A stretch of DNA of 64,000 nt from Spirochaetia bacterium (GTDB lineage Bacteria; Spirochaetota; Spirochaetia; SZUA-6; Bin103), in assembly GCA_965203055.1 (NCBI GenBank), contig OZ241863.1, positions 1,760,001-1,824,000 of the forward strand. Direction: 5' to 3'. The position numbers and the translations under genes are program-made. Shown in pieces: positions 36,043 through 45,015 of the stretch (position 1 is the first letter of the stretch; every line of letters begins with the position of its first letter). The notes under the pieces were generated by a model that saw only the letters and a program-made list of their open reading frames with translations, did no database searches and had not been told where the DNA came from.

Positions 36043-37537
36043 TCAGCCGGCCGCTCGCCCGCCCGGGGGCGGGACCGGCGCCTGACGATCATTGCCGGGG
36101 CGGCCGAATCCGGCGCCGGCGTGGCGGTAGCGATGATGCGCGGCGCACAGCAGTCGGAGATTGTCCGGCTCGGCGGCGCCGCCCTGGGCATACGGCACGA
36201 CGTGATCGATCTGCAGCAGGTGTTGGGAGCCGCAACGGCGCCCGCTGGTGTGGTCCACGTAGCTGCAGCGGCCCCGGTCGCGCCGCCAGACCTCGCGCTT
36301 GACCGCCGCCGGGATGGCGCGGCCGGTCGGGCCGCCCTCCTTCGCTGCCGAAGTTTCGGTCCGCGCCGGCGGCGCAGCCCGCGCCGCCCCCGCCGTCGCA
36401 GCCTGCCCGCCGGGGCGCCGCGTCTTCGGCGCCGAAGTTGTGTCGCCCGCCGGGTTCACTGCCGAAGTGTCCGGGCGGGCCGGACCGCGGTCCGCCTGCA
36501 GCGGCGACACGGCTTCGTCTCCCGGCGGCGCCGCCGCCTGAGCCGACACCTTCGCCGCCGAAGGAGCCGCCCTGTCCGAGATGGCAGCCCGCTTCGCTGC
36601 GGAGGCAGCGCCGCGAGCCGAGACCTCCTGCGTCTTCGCCGCCGAAGTTGGCTCGGCGCCTTTGGCCGGCGCGGCGCGCCGCCCGCGCGGCGGCCGGGCC
36701 GGGTCGTGACGGTCGAGTCCTTCCCGCACCAGCCGCGCCATGAGCTGCCCCGACGTCAGGTGCGGATCGACGTGGGACAGGAGGCCCTTGAGCCGCTCCA
36801 AGCCGCGCCATGAGCTGCCCCGACGTCAGGTGCGGATCGACGTGGGACAGGAGGCCCTTGAGCCGCTCCAAGCCGCGCCGGCACTCATCGTCAATCACCG
36901 CCTTGAGTTCCCAGCGCCCGCCGCCCAGAGGCCGCACCCGCTCCGCCGGCGCCGCCAGTTCCGGGTCCACCTCGGCCAGCAACTGCATCACCTCCCGGCT
37001 GCTCTTGCCGGACGCCTGCTCCACCAGCTCCCGCCGCGCCTCCGGGTCCAGCACCGGCGCCGGCGCCGGCGCCGGCTTCCGATCCGCCGGCCGCGGCGGC
37101 GCCGAGCCGTTCTGCGACCGAGCGGCAGCCCCGAACCCGGTCCCGGCCCCGCCCGGCGCGCTACGCGCCGCGCGGGCCTTCTTGCGCTCCTGCCGGTCGA
37201 AGGCATGCTGCAACTGCGCGGCCGCGTTCAGCGTCATCGTGCCATTCCGCAGGCGCTCGCGCACGCCCTCGACCTCCGCGCAGAGCCGCATCGCCTTGAT
37301 GCGCCGCCACGCTGCGGCGTCGCTGTAACCCAACTCGCGCACCGCGTAATCGAACAGGCTCGAGAACCCGCGCCGCAGATACAGGCGGCGCTTCTGAATC
37401 TCGCGCAGGTGATCGATCACGACCACTTCGAGATGGTGTTCGATGCCGGAAAGTTCCTTGGTCCGCTCCAACAAGCGGTCGTCCGAGAGAGCGGATACGG
37501 TAGTCGTGACTGCCTCGTCAGAGGCATGGTTGTTCAT
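36043..37537 (-). pseudogene. HNH endonuclease family protein, copy 2, frameshifted by an internal 70-bp duplication
   Basis: Close paralog of 4182..5474; complete IDHVVP..GG..NLRLLCAAHH present but in a different frame from the N-terminus. Confidence 0.85.
36731..36879. repeat. Perfect 70-bp tandem duplication bounded by 9-bp microhomology AGCCGCGCC
   Basis: 36731-36800 equals 36801-36870; AGCCGCGCC at 36731, 36801 and 36871. Confidence 0.92.
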
Positions 37538-37543
37538 GGCATA

Positions 37544-37572
37544 AATATAATTATGGAAACTATTTGAGTCAA
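37544..37572 (-). promoter_or_regulatory. sigma70 promoter of HNH copy 2, leaderless geometry
   Basis: TTGACT (37572-37567), 17 nt spacer, TATATT (37549-37544), 6 nt, ATG at 37537. Confidence 0.72.
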
Positions 37573-37849
37573 CTGATCCGCACCGATTAATGGAGGTCGA
37601 TACGGTGTTTGGAAGCCAAACGCGGGGCGAGCGAACCGGGCACGTGCGCGGCTGACTTCGGGAGCACGTCTCGCCCGCGCGGCAGTGACGGTGACGCACG
37701 CGGGAGCGGTGAGATCCGACTCCCGCCCCGTCTTCGGCGCCGAAGTTGTATTGCCGCTGCCGGCGGCCTAATCGAAGTCCCCTCTGAGGATCCGCTCAGA
37801 GGTGGACGTGGCTTGGTCCTCGTCGGCGAGGGCTTGCCGTGTTCCATCG

Positions 37850-39060
37850 GCTCACCGGCCAGCGGGTCGATGCGGGTCTGACCGTTCCGGCGGCGGACCA
37901 CGAAGAGTGAATCGTCTGCCAGCAGGTCAGGCAGCCGCGGGGAGTGGTAGTGACGATGTACTGGGTCTGGCCCAGGCTCCGCTGCGTCCGCAGCAGCTCG
38001 GCGATCAGCTCGATGCGCGCGGGTGCACGCCGTTTTCCGGCTCCTCGAATCCGACCAGCGCGGGCGCTTCCGCGCTGGCCAGCGCCAGCAGCCCGAGCAT
38101 CCGCAACGTGCCTTCCGACAGCACGCTCGCGGGCATGGCGACGCCGCCTTCGATGATGCGGAGTTCGACCTCGCCGAGATCGGTCACGTCGAGATCGATT
38201 CCGTCGATATTGGGCAGCAGGCTGCGCAACGCCTTCTCTACGGCCTGGAATTGGCCCGGGTGGACCGCTTTGAGCGTGTTGAGAAACGCGACCAGCTCCT
38301 CGCCCATCAACCCGATGTGGCGCACCTCCTTGACCGGATTGGCAGCGCGCATCCGCTCGCGCGGCTCGAAGTAGAAGAACAGCCAGCGCTCCAGCTCGCA
38401 GCGCGCCGCGATCAGATGGGGATAATGCGGCGGATAGTGCGGCTAGGAGAGAATCGTGTGATCGAGATAGAGATCGTAGTAGGTCGGATGCGCCTGCCCT
38501 TCATGGCGCAGATGAAGGCGGCGGCCGCCGTGACGCTCGATGAACGGCTTGCGCTTGCCGGTCGGCTGGCCGCGGCTGTTGAGCGCCGCCAGGTATTCGT
38601 CAGCGACGCGCAGGATGCCGGTCCGCGGCAGCATCTCCACCTCCACGCGGTAGCGGAGATTCCTCTCACGGACGCCGGCGACCCGCCTGGCGGTGTTTTT
38701 GCTGCCGTCGTCGTCTTGCGGCCGGCGCCGCATCTCGCGTATCTGCCGGTCGACGGTTTCTGCCACTGCGTCGGAAATCTGCAGGTCCGCTTCGATCGAA
38801 AACGTCAACCGGTCCCGCTCGAGCAACCCCTTGATGCCCTGCTTCCCGATATGGAACGACTCCAGGGGCTTGCCGCGGCAGGGCGGATCGAATGCCTGCT
38901 TGAGGGTCCTGCCGGTCGCCAGCCCGGCCAATAGCTGCAGCGCATCGAGAAGGTTGCTCTTGCCGGAGGCGTTCGGCCCGATCAGCAGCGTGAGCGGCTC
39001 CAGGGACAGTTCGACGTCGACCAGCGACTTGTAGCCCTTGACGTGCAGGCGTTTCAACAT
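37850..39060 (-). pseudogene. ABC/AAA_21-type ATPase pseudogene (3' end approximate)
   Basis: Walker A GPNASGKSN, signature LSEGT, Walker B FEEPENGVHP, H-loop TT/HSP. In-frame TAG at 38445-38443 plus frameshifts near 38018 and 37945. Confidence 0.82.
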
Positions 39061-39472
39061 CGGCCGGGGCCTCCTCGGCCTCCTCTGTGCGACATTACCC
39101 TATTCACCGATACACGGCGCATCTGCTCCCGGCAGGGACCGATGAACCGCCGGATGGCCAATGACCAGGGTCGTCTTGACCTGGGTGGTCTTGAAGAAGA
39201 CAGGCAGAGGCTGATCTGATACGGGACAGGCCGGTTCGCTCCCTAAGGACAGGCTACCACCAGCGAAAACGACCCGGCCATATCCCTGCGTGCAACCTAT
39301 CCTCTCATCGCGTGCCTTTCAAGCCTGGGGACGCGGGCGGTGGGCGGCCGGTGGGAGGGCGGGAGCGGGACCGCACCGCTGCCGGAGGACGGCCGGCTTC
39401 AAGGCGGTTGGGCGTTGGGCGCTGGGCGTTGTGAACCTTGTGTCCGGTCGCAAGGTGGCGTAGCTTGAGCGC

Positions 39473-40057
39473 GTGGTGGCGAGCTTTCCCGTGTGCCGGC
39501 AGCGGGCGTGTACGGATTACGCCGTATACCGGCGCCCCTGGTGCGCCGCCCACTGTACGGACCGCGCCGCCTACGAGGCCGAGGCGATAGACCTGCTGCT
39601 GCGCGAGCGGCGGCTGGAAGGCGTCAATCTGGCCGGCGTGCGCTGCCGCGGTCTGGACCTGCGGGAGCGGGAGCTGATCGGCTGCCGGTTCACCGGCGCG
39701 ACCTGGGAGAACGTACGCCTCGACGGCTCCCGCCTGCACCACGCCTGCCTGGACTTCGCCGCGCTGCGTGCGTGCTCGCTACGCGGCATTGCCGCTACGC
39801 TGTCGGTGTTCGCCGGCGCGGCCATTACCGCCTGCCACTTCGAGGAGTCGGACCTGCCGCGCAACAACTTCGTCGGCCTCACCTGCGCCGACACCAGCTT
39901 TCGCGGCAGCGACCTCAGTTCCTGCCGCTTCATCGGGGCGCGGCTGGAGCGAGTCGACTTCGAGGACTGCAACCTGTATCACGCGCACTTCGAGACCGCC
40001 CGCCTGCAAGACATCAACCTGCGTTATGCCAACCCCGAGGCGGCGCATTTCTCGTGA
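39473..40057 (+). CDS. Pentapeptide-repeat protein with Cys/His-rich N-terminus
   Basis: Runs such as SFRGS-DLSSC-RFIGA-RLERV-DFEDC-NLYHA; GTGA overlap with the next gene. Confidence 0.85.
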   Translation: MVASFPVCRQRACTDYAVYRRPWCAAHCTDRAAYEAEAIDLLLRERRLEGVNLAGVRCRGLDLRERELIGCRFTGATWENVRLDGSRLHHACLDFAALRACSLRGIAATLSVFAGAAITACHFEESDLPRNNFVGLTCADTSFRGSDLSSCRFIGARLERVDFEDCNLYHAHFETARLQDINLRYANPEAAHFS

Positions 40058-40626
40058 CCCTGATCTCTTGCCACGCCAGGACCGGCTTCGCCAACTGCTA
40101 CGTCGTGGGACCCGACGACGGCGGACCGGCCGCGATCATCGATCCGGGCCATTTCGACGCGGGCCTGTTGGAGCGGGTGGAACGCATCGGGCTGAAGATC
40201 GTGGCGGTGCTGCTGACCCACTCCCACCGGGCGCACGCCGGCGGCGTCGGCGCCGTGCTGAGCGTATACCGGGCGCGCGTCTACGGGGGCGGCGGGAGCA
40301 GCCGGGCGCCGGATCAGACGCTGCAGGATGGTCAGACGGTGGCGGTGGGCGGATTGGAGTTCGAGGCGCGCGAGCTGCCGGGGCATGCCGACGACTGCCT
40401 CGCGTTCCGCACCGGCGACCTGTTGTTCACCGGCGACGCGCTGCTGGCCGGCGGCATCGGCAGCACCCCCAACGCGGCGGCGCGCAGCACCCTGATCCGC
40501 GCGCTGCGGGAGCGCGTGCTGTGCCTCCCCGACCGCGTGACCATCCTGCCCGGCCACGGCCCGCCCACGACGGTACGGGTGGAACGCGCCTTCAACCCCG
40601 CGCTCCGCGAGCACGCTGTCGGTTGA
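40054..40626 (+). CDS. Metallo-beta-lactamase-fold hydrolase (glyoxalase II-like)
   Basis: IIDPG, THSHRAHAGG (HxHxDH variant with D replaced by A), PGH, FTGDAL, PGHG. Confidence 0.88.
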   Translation: MTLISCHARTGFANCYVVGPDDGGPAAIIDPGHFDAGLLERVERIGLKIVAVLLTHSHRAHAGGVGAVLSVYRARVYGGGGSSRAPDQTLQDGQTVAVGGLEFEARELPGHADDCLAFRTGDLLFTGDALLAGGIGSTPNAAARSTLIRALRERVLCLPDRVTILPGHGPPTTVRVERAFNPALREHAVG

Positions 40627-40660
40627 CGAGGCGAACGCTCCTCGGAATCCTGTAACCTAC

Positions 40661-43081
40661 ATGGCGCCACCTCCCTTGAGGGAACTCGATTCCGACGGAT
40701 CGGTTCTGTTTCTCGGCTCCGGCTTTTCCCGGAGCTCCCGGAACATTCAAGGCAAGAATCTGCCCACCGGCGGCGAGCTGAAGGAACACTTCGCCAAGCT
40801 GCTTGGAGTCGCGCCTGACGATTACGATCTCCCTACGTTGGCGGACGCCGTCAACGCCGACCCGCAGGTCAGCCTGCGCGATCTACTCTATGAGACCTTT
40901 ACCGTCGCGCAGCTCGCCGACGGCCAGAAGGAGGTGCTGGGCCGGCCGTGGATGCGCATCTATACGACCAACTACGACGACTCCATAGAACTGTTCTACC
41001 AGCGTACCGGTCGTAAGGCGCCGAGTTTCAGCTACCACGACGCCAAGCCGCGGCGGCTGCCGAACAGTACCGTGATCCACCTGCACGGGATGATCCGCAA
41101 CATCACCGACGGCAACGTTCTCGACCAATTGATCCTCAGCGAAGAGGCGTACGTGCGACAGCATTTCGAGACGTCTCCCTGGTACGATGAGTTCGTCCGC
41201 GACCTCAAAGTGTGCAGCGCCTGCTACTTCGTCGGCTACAGCCTCAAGGACTATCACATTTCGGCCATCCTCATGCAGAATCCCGGCCTCCGCGAGAAGA
41301 CCTTCTTCATCACCGGACCGGTACCTGACCCGATATCCGCACGGACCATGGAACGGTACGGAACGGTCATGCCGATCGGCATGGACGCGTTCAGCGACCT
41401 CTGCAAGACACTTCCCCCACCGCAGCCCTCTACGTCCGATCCGCACTCGTTGAAGCTCTTTCGCTATCTCGATCCACTGAAGGACAAGAGGACGCTTGCT
41501 CCTCCGACCGCCGTCGAGATACTCAATCTGCTGAGATACGGCGCATTCAACCGTCAGCGTTGTATCTCCACCCTTCCGAAAGCGCAATACGTCGTCCCTC
41601 GACAAGCGCTCGCGAACGAAGCCGCCGAGAAGCTGGCAACGGCCCGCTGTCTGCTCGTGCACTCCCGAATCGGCAACGGCAAGACGACCTTCCTGCACAT
41701 ACTCGCGCACCGATTATTCGAAGCCGGCTATCGGTGCTTCTGGTGCAAGTCAGGCACCCCCGCATTGCATTCATATCACCCCCATTTACGCCGAGACATT
41801 CATACTCTGCGGAGCTTGGGGAACGTGGTCATCATCTTCGACTCCTACGACACGGCCATCGAGCTGTCGGACGCGCTCTCGGAATCGCTTTCCGACGTCA
41901 AGTTCATAGTTTCGGTGCGTACCGGGGTCCACAGCGTGCGGACGCACGAGATACACTCGAAGCTTCCCGATCCGATCCAGAGCGTCAATCTGAACGGCAT
42001 TCAGCAGACCGACGTCGACGACTTCAGGAAGCTGTTGGACAGCATCGGGATATCCACCGATGAACAACGCCGGCTGGTGCGCCACAAGAACGACTTTCGC
42101 GATGTCATGCTGGCGCTCTTCGACAACGCGACGGTCAGGAGCGGAATCCTGGAGGCGTTGAAGCCGTTGCTCGATGACGCGGAGTACAAGAGGGTATTCA
42201 TCGTATGCCATGTACTGAAGTGGGTCGGTCAAGAGGCGGACGACGCAATGCTCCGGATCGTCACGCGCAGTGATCCGTACCTTCAGATCAGACGGTATCC
42301 GGGCGTGTCCGCAGACATATTCAGTTTCGACGACGACAGCTTCGGCGTGCGGTCGTCGATCCTTTCCGAGTACCTGATCAAACAGCTTCTGACGGCGGAG
42401 GACGTTATCTCCTGGATCTACAAGATCGTCGTCGAGGCAGTCAAGAGAAAGTCGGAGCGACGCAATCAGACGACACTGAGACGGCTCATGCGCTTTTCGC
42501 CCTTGTATCAGGCATTTCGCAACGACGTGCGGCGGCTCGAACGGTTGACCGACCTGTTCGAGCTGTGGCGGCGCCACGAGCTGATTAGCAGAGAGCCGCT
42601 GTTCTGGCTCCAGTACGCCATATTGAAGACCGAGGCGAACGACTTGCAGTTGGCGGAGGCGTTTATCGAAACCGCCTACGGGCGCGCTCATGAGATACCG
42701 GGATTCAGGACCTACCAGATCGACACCTACGCGCTCAGACTGCTATTGATCTTGGAGACGCGCGCGGCGGACGCCGGTCCGGTCCGACGTTTCGACAGGA
42801 TCATCGACAAACTGGAGCAGGTACGGCCGATGATCGGCGACGTGAATTATCGATGGCACGCCGTCCAGGTACTCGCTGAACTGGAACCCTTCGTTGCTCT
42901 CCGTACCGGTTCGATGTCGAACGGCGAGCGGATCGCGCTGGTGCACCAACTGCGCCTCCTGCTTCAGAATATGCAACTTCTGCCGGCCGAGGCGCGCGCC
43001 GAGACCGGCGCTGACAAGGTGGAGCAGAAGGTCGAACGTTCGATCGAGACCATCGTGAACGCCAATCCCGACGTCAGGTAG
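40661..43081 (+). CDS. SIR2-like domain + P-loop NTPase + helical C-terminus; candidate anti-phage protein
   Basis: VLFLGSGFS, YTTNYDD, HLHG, FVGYSLKD; Walker A HSRIGNGKT and Walker B VVIIFD; visibly lower GC than neighbours. Confidence 0.85.
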   Translation: MAPPPLRELDSDGSVLFLGSGFSRSSRNIQGKNLPTGGELKEHFAKLLGVAPDDYDLPTLADAVNADPQVSLRDLLYETFTVAQLADGQKEVLGRPWMRIYTTNYDDSIELFYQRTGRKAPSFSYHDAKPRRLPNSTVIHLHGMIRNITDGNVLDQLILSEEAYVRQHFETSPWYDEFVRDLKVCSACYFVGYSLKDYHISAILMQNPGLREKTFFITGPVPDPISARTMERYGTVMPIGMDAFSDLCKTLPPPQPSTSDPHSLKLFRYLDPLKDKRTLAPPTAVEILNLLRYGAFNRQRCISTLPKAQYVVPRQALANEAAEKLATARCLLVHSRIGNGKTTFLHILAHRLFEAGYRCFWCKSGTPALHSYHPHLRRDIHTLRSLGNVVIIFDSYDTAIELSDALSESLSDVKFIVSVRTGVHSVRTHEIHSKLPDPIQSVNLNGIQQTDVDDFRKLLDSIGISTDEQRRLVRHKNDFRDVMLALFDNATVRSGILEALKPLLDDAEYKRVFIVCHVLKWVGQEADDAMLRIVTRSDPYLQIRRYPGVSADIFSFDDDSFGVRSSILSEYLIKQLLTAEDVISWIYKIVVEAVKRKSERRNQTTLRRLMRFSPLYQAFRNDVRRLERLTDLFELWRRHELISREPLFWLQYAILKTEANDLQLAEAFIETAYGRAHEIPGFRTYQIDTYALRLLLILETRAADAGPVRRFDRIIDKLEQVRPMIGDVNYRWHAVQVLAELEPFVALRTGSMSNGERIALVHQLRLLLQNMQLLPAEARAETGADKVEQKVERSIETIVNANPDVR

Positions 43082-43094
43082 ACGAAGGCTCCTC

Positions 43095-43869
43095 ATGTTG
43101 TGGTACAAGGTCCTCGGCCTGATCGCCACGCCGCTGGGAGTCGCACTCGGCTCTGGACTGCTGGCGCTGCCGGCGCTCCGGCGGCGCGGGCGCGGCCTTG
43201 CCGCCGGACTGCTCGGCTTCTCGCTGCTGTGGCTGTGGGCATGGTCGCTGCCGGTCACCGCGCAGGTGATCATGCGTTCGCTGACGACTCGGTACCCGCC
43301 GCAGCGGGCGGAGACGTTGCCCGGAGCGGACGCGATCGTGCTGGTCGGCGGCAGCGTCGTCCCGGCCTGGAACGGGGAACGGGCGCCCTATCCCGACCTG
43401 CGGGAAAGCGCCGATCGGGTGTGGCACGCGGCGCGCCTGTACCACGCCGGCAAGGCGCCACTGATCATCGTCTCCGCCGGCAACGTGTGGGACGCGCCCG
43501 GCCGACAGTCGGAGGCCGACGCCACCCGCATGGTGCTGGCCGCGTTCGGGGTCCCGGAAGCGGCCGTGGTCAGCGAACGGCGCAGCCGCACCACCCGCGG
43601 CAACGCGGCGTACAGCGCGGAGATCGCCGCCGCCCGCGGCCTCGAGACGGTGCTGGTGGTCACGTCAGCCTGGCACATGCGCCGCACTCTGGCCGCCTTC
43701 CGACGGGCGGGACTGCAGGCGCTCGCCGCCCCGACGGACCACGGGAGCAGAGACGCTCAACCTCTGCTCCTGCGGCTCCTCCCGGCGAGCTGGGCGCTGC
43801 GGGAAAGCACCAAGGCGTTCCGGGAAACACCTCGGTCTCCTCGTCTACCGCCTGCGAGGTTGGGCGTGA
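43095..43869 (+). CDS. YdcF/ElyC (DUF218) family protein with an apparent 1-nt insertion near the 3' end
   Basis: AIVLVGG, DRVWHAARLY, SRTTRGNA, VTSAWHMRR. Removing one A in GGGAAAC near 43825 restores ..FREHLGLLVYRLRGWA* (TGA 43867-43869). Confidence 0.85.
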
Positions 43870-43969
43870 GCAGCGCGACGGTAAAGCCGACGTGGCCCCG
43901 GTCGCCCGAGGGCCGCCGGGACTGTCGGCCAATCCCGCCGACATCGTCCCCGGAAAAAAAGGGGGCGGT

Positions 43970-44004
43970 GGGCCTTGACAAGTGAGGGGCATCAGGTGTA
44001 CAAG
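43970..44004 (+). promoter_or_regulatory. Candidate promoter of the surface-protein island
   Basis: TTGACA at 43975-43980 within GGGCCTTGACAAGTG..CAGGTGTA, a motif repeated near 52650; -10 element weak. Confidence 0.45.
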
Positions 44005-44092
44005 GGGATAGTCGGCAACGAGTGACAACAAGCTAATTGTTTGTATGAAAGCGCTTACTCGTACTTGACACATGCCTGCAAAAGGAGATAAG

Positions 44093-44991
44093 ATGGCTCA
44101 ACCGCTCAACCGCTCAACCGCTCAACCGCTCAACCGCTCAACCGCTCAACCGCTCAACCGCTCAACCGCTCAACCGCTCAACCGCTCAACCGCTCAACCG
44201 CTCAACCGCTCAACCGCTCTAAGCCGTTAGTCAGGCAACGGCCCCCGCACCCTCCGGGCGGGCCGATCGCGATAGCTTTTGGCGCTGTCGCCCTACTCCT
44301 CCTAGCAGTCCCGCAGCAAACACTATTTGCAGATAGCCACACCCCGAGGACCGGCATCTATGCCGACGTCGGCGCCGGCGTAGTTCTGATCCACAAGCAG
44401 ACCGACGGCATTTCAGGCTCAATCAAGACCGAACGAGACTCCCGCGTAATCAGCACGACGGATACGAAGGTCGTCTGGGAATACTCTCCCGGTTTCAGCC
44501 TTCACGGAGCCATTGGCTATGGATTCGGAGATGTTCGCGTCGAAGCGGATTTCAGCTATCTGACGGCCGGCGCCAAGGCGTACCAGCCACGCACGCCGGA
44601 CGCCGTCATCCGCGAAATCAAGGAAACTCTCCGAATGAACGTCATCGGCCTCATGGCGAACGGTTGGTACCGTTTCCAGACCGGTACGGGATTTATTCCA
44701 TTTCTCGGTGTCGGCGTTGGCGGAGCGAGTCTCACGGTACCCGCCACGAATGTCCCGGCCGGTACCGAGACTCCCACCCTCGCAGGTTGGGGGCTTGCGT
44801 ATCAGGCGAGTGCGGGCGCGGGCGTCGAAGTTGCTCCCGGCGTGGAGCTCAAACTAGGTTACCGATTCTTCGGAACGACCGAATCGAAGCTGGAATACAA
44901 GAACGAGATCGCGACAACGACGGTAACGGCAACGGCCAGCCCGACCATACTGAGCCATCGTTTCGAACTCGGCGCAAGTTTCCACTTGTAA
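44093..44991 (+). CDS. Opacity-protein-like (OMP_b-brl type) outer-membrane beta-barrel, out of frame at the SSR (phase OFF)
   Basis: The frame after the repeat encodes signal ..IAIAFGAVALLLLAVPQQTLFA, then GIYADVGAG, GAIGYGFGDVRVEADFSY, LMANGWY, PFLGVGVG, LAYQASAG, LGYRFF, HRFELGASFHL. It has no ATG/GTG/TTG of its own before 44635. Confidence 0.85.
44096..44215 (+). repeat. Simple sequence repeat (GCTCAACC)15 immediately after a start codon
   Basis: 120 nt = 15 perfect octamers following AAGGAG-ataag-ATG (ATG at 44093). Confidence 0.97.
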
Positions 44992-45015
44992 ATCCAAGCC
45001 TACGAGGTAGAGTCT

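Noticed and set aside
38443..38445. TAG read-through (pyrrolysine or recoding) in the ATPase gene
   Set aside because: The same gene has two further frameshifts and other genes here use TAG as a normal stop.
39061..39470. Structured ncRNA in the intergenic region
   Set aside because: No recognisable family or convincing long stems by eye; an Rfam/Infernal search would be needed.
43815..43985. Programmed frameshift or novel C-terminal extension in the YdcF-family gene
   Set aside because: One extra A in a short homopolymer explains it; a sequencing error or point mutation is more likely.
44096..44215. CRISPR array candidate
   Set aside because: Pure 8-nt tandem repeat with no spacers and no cas genes.
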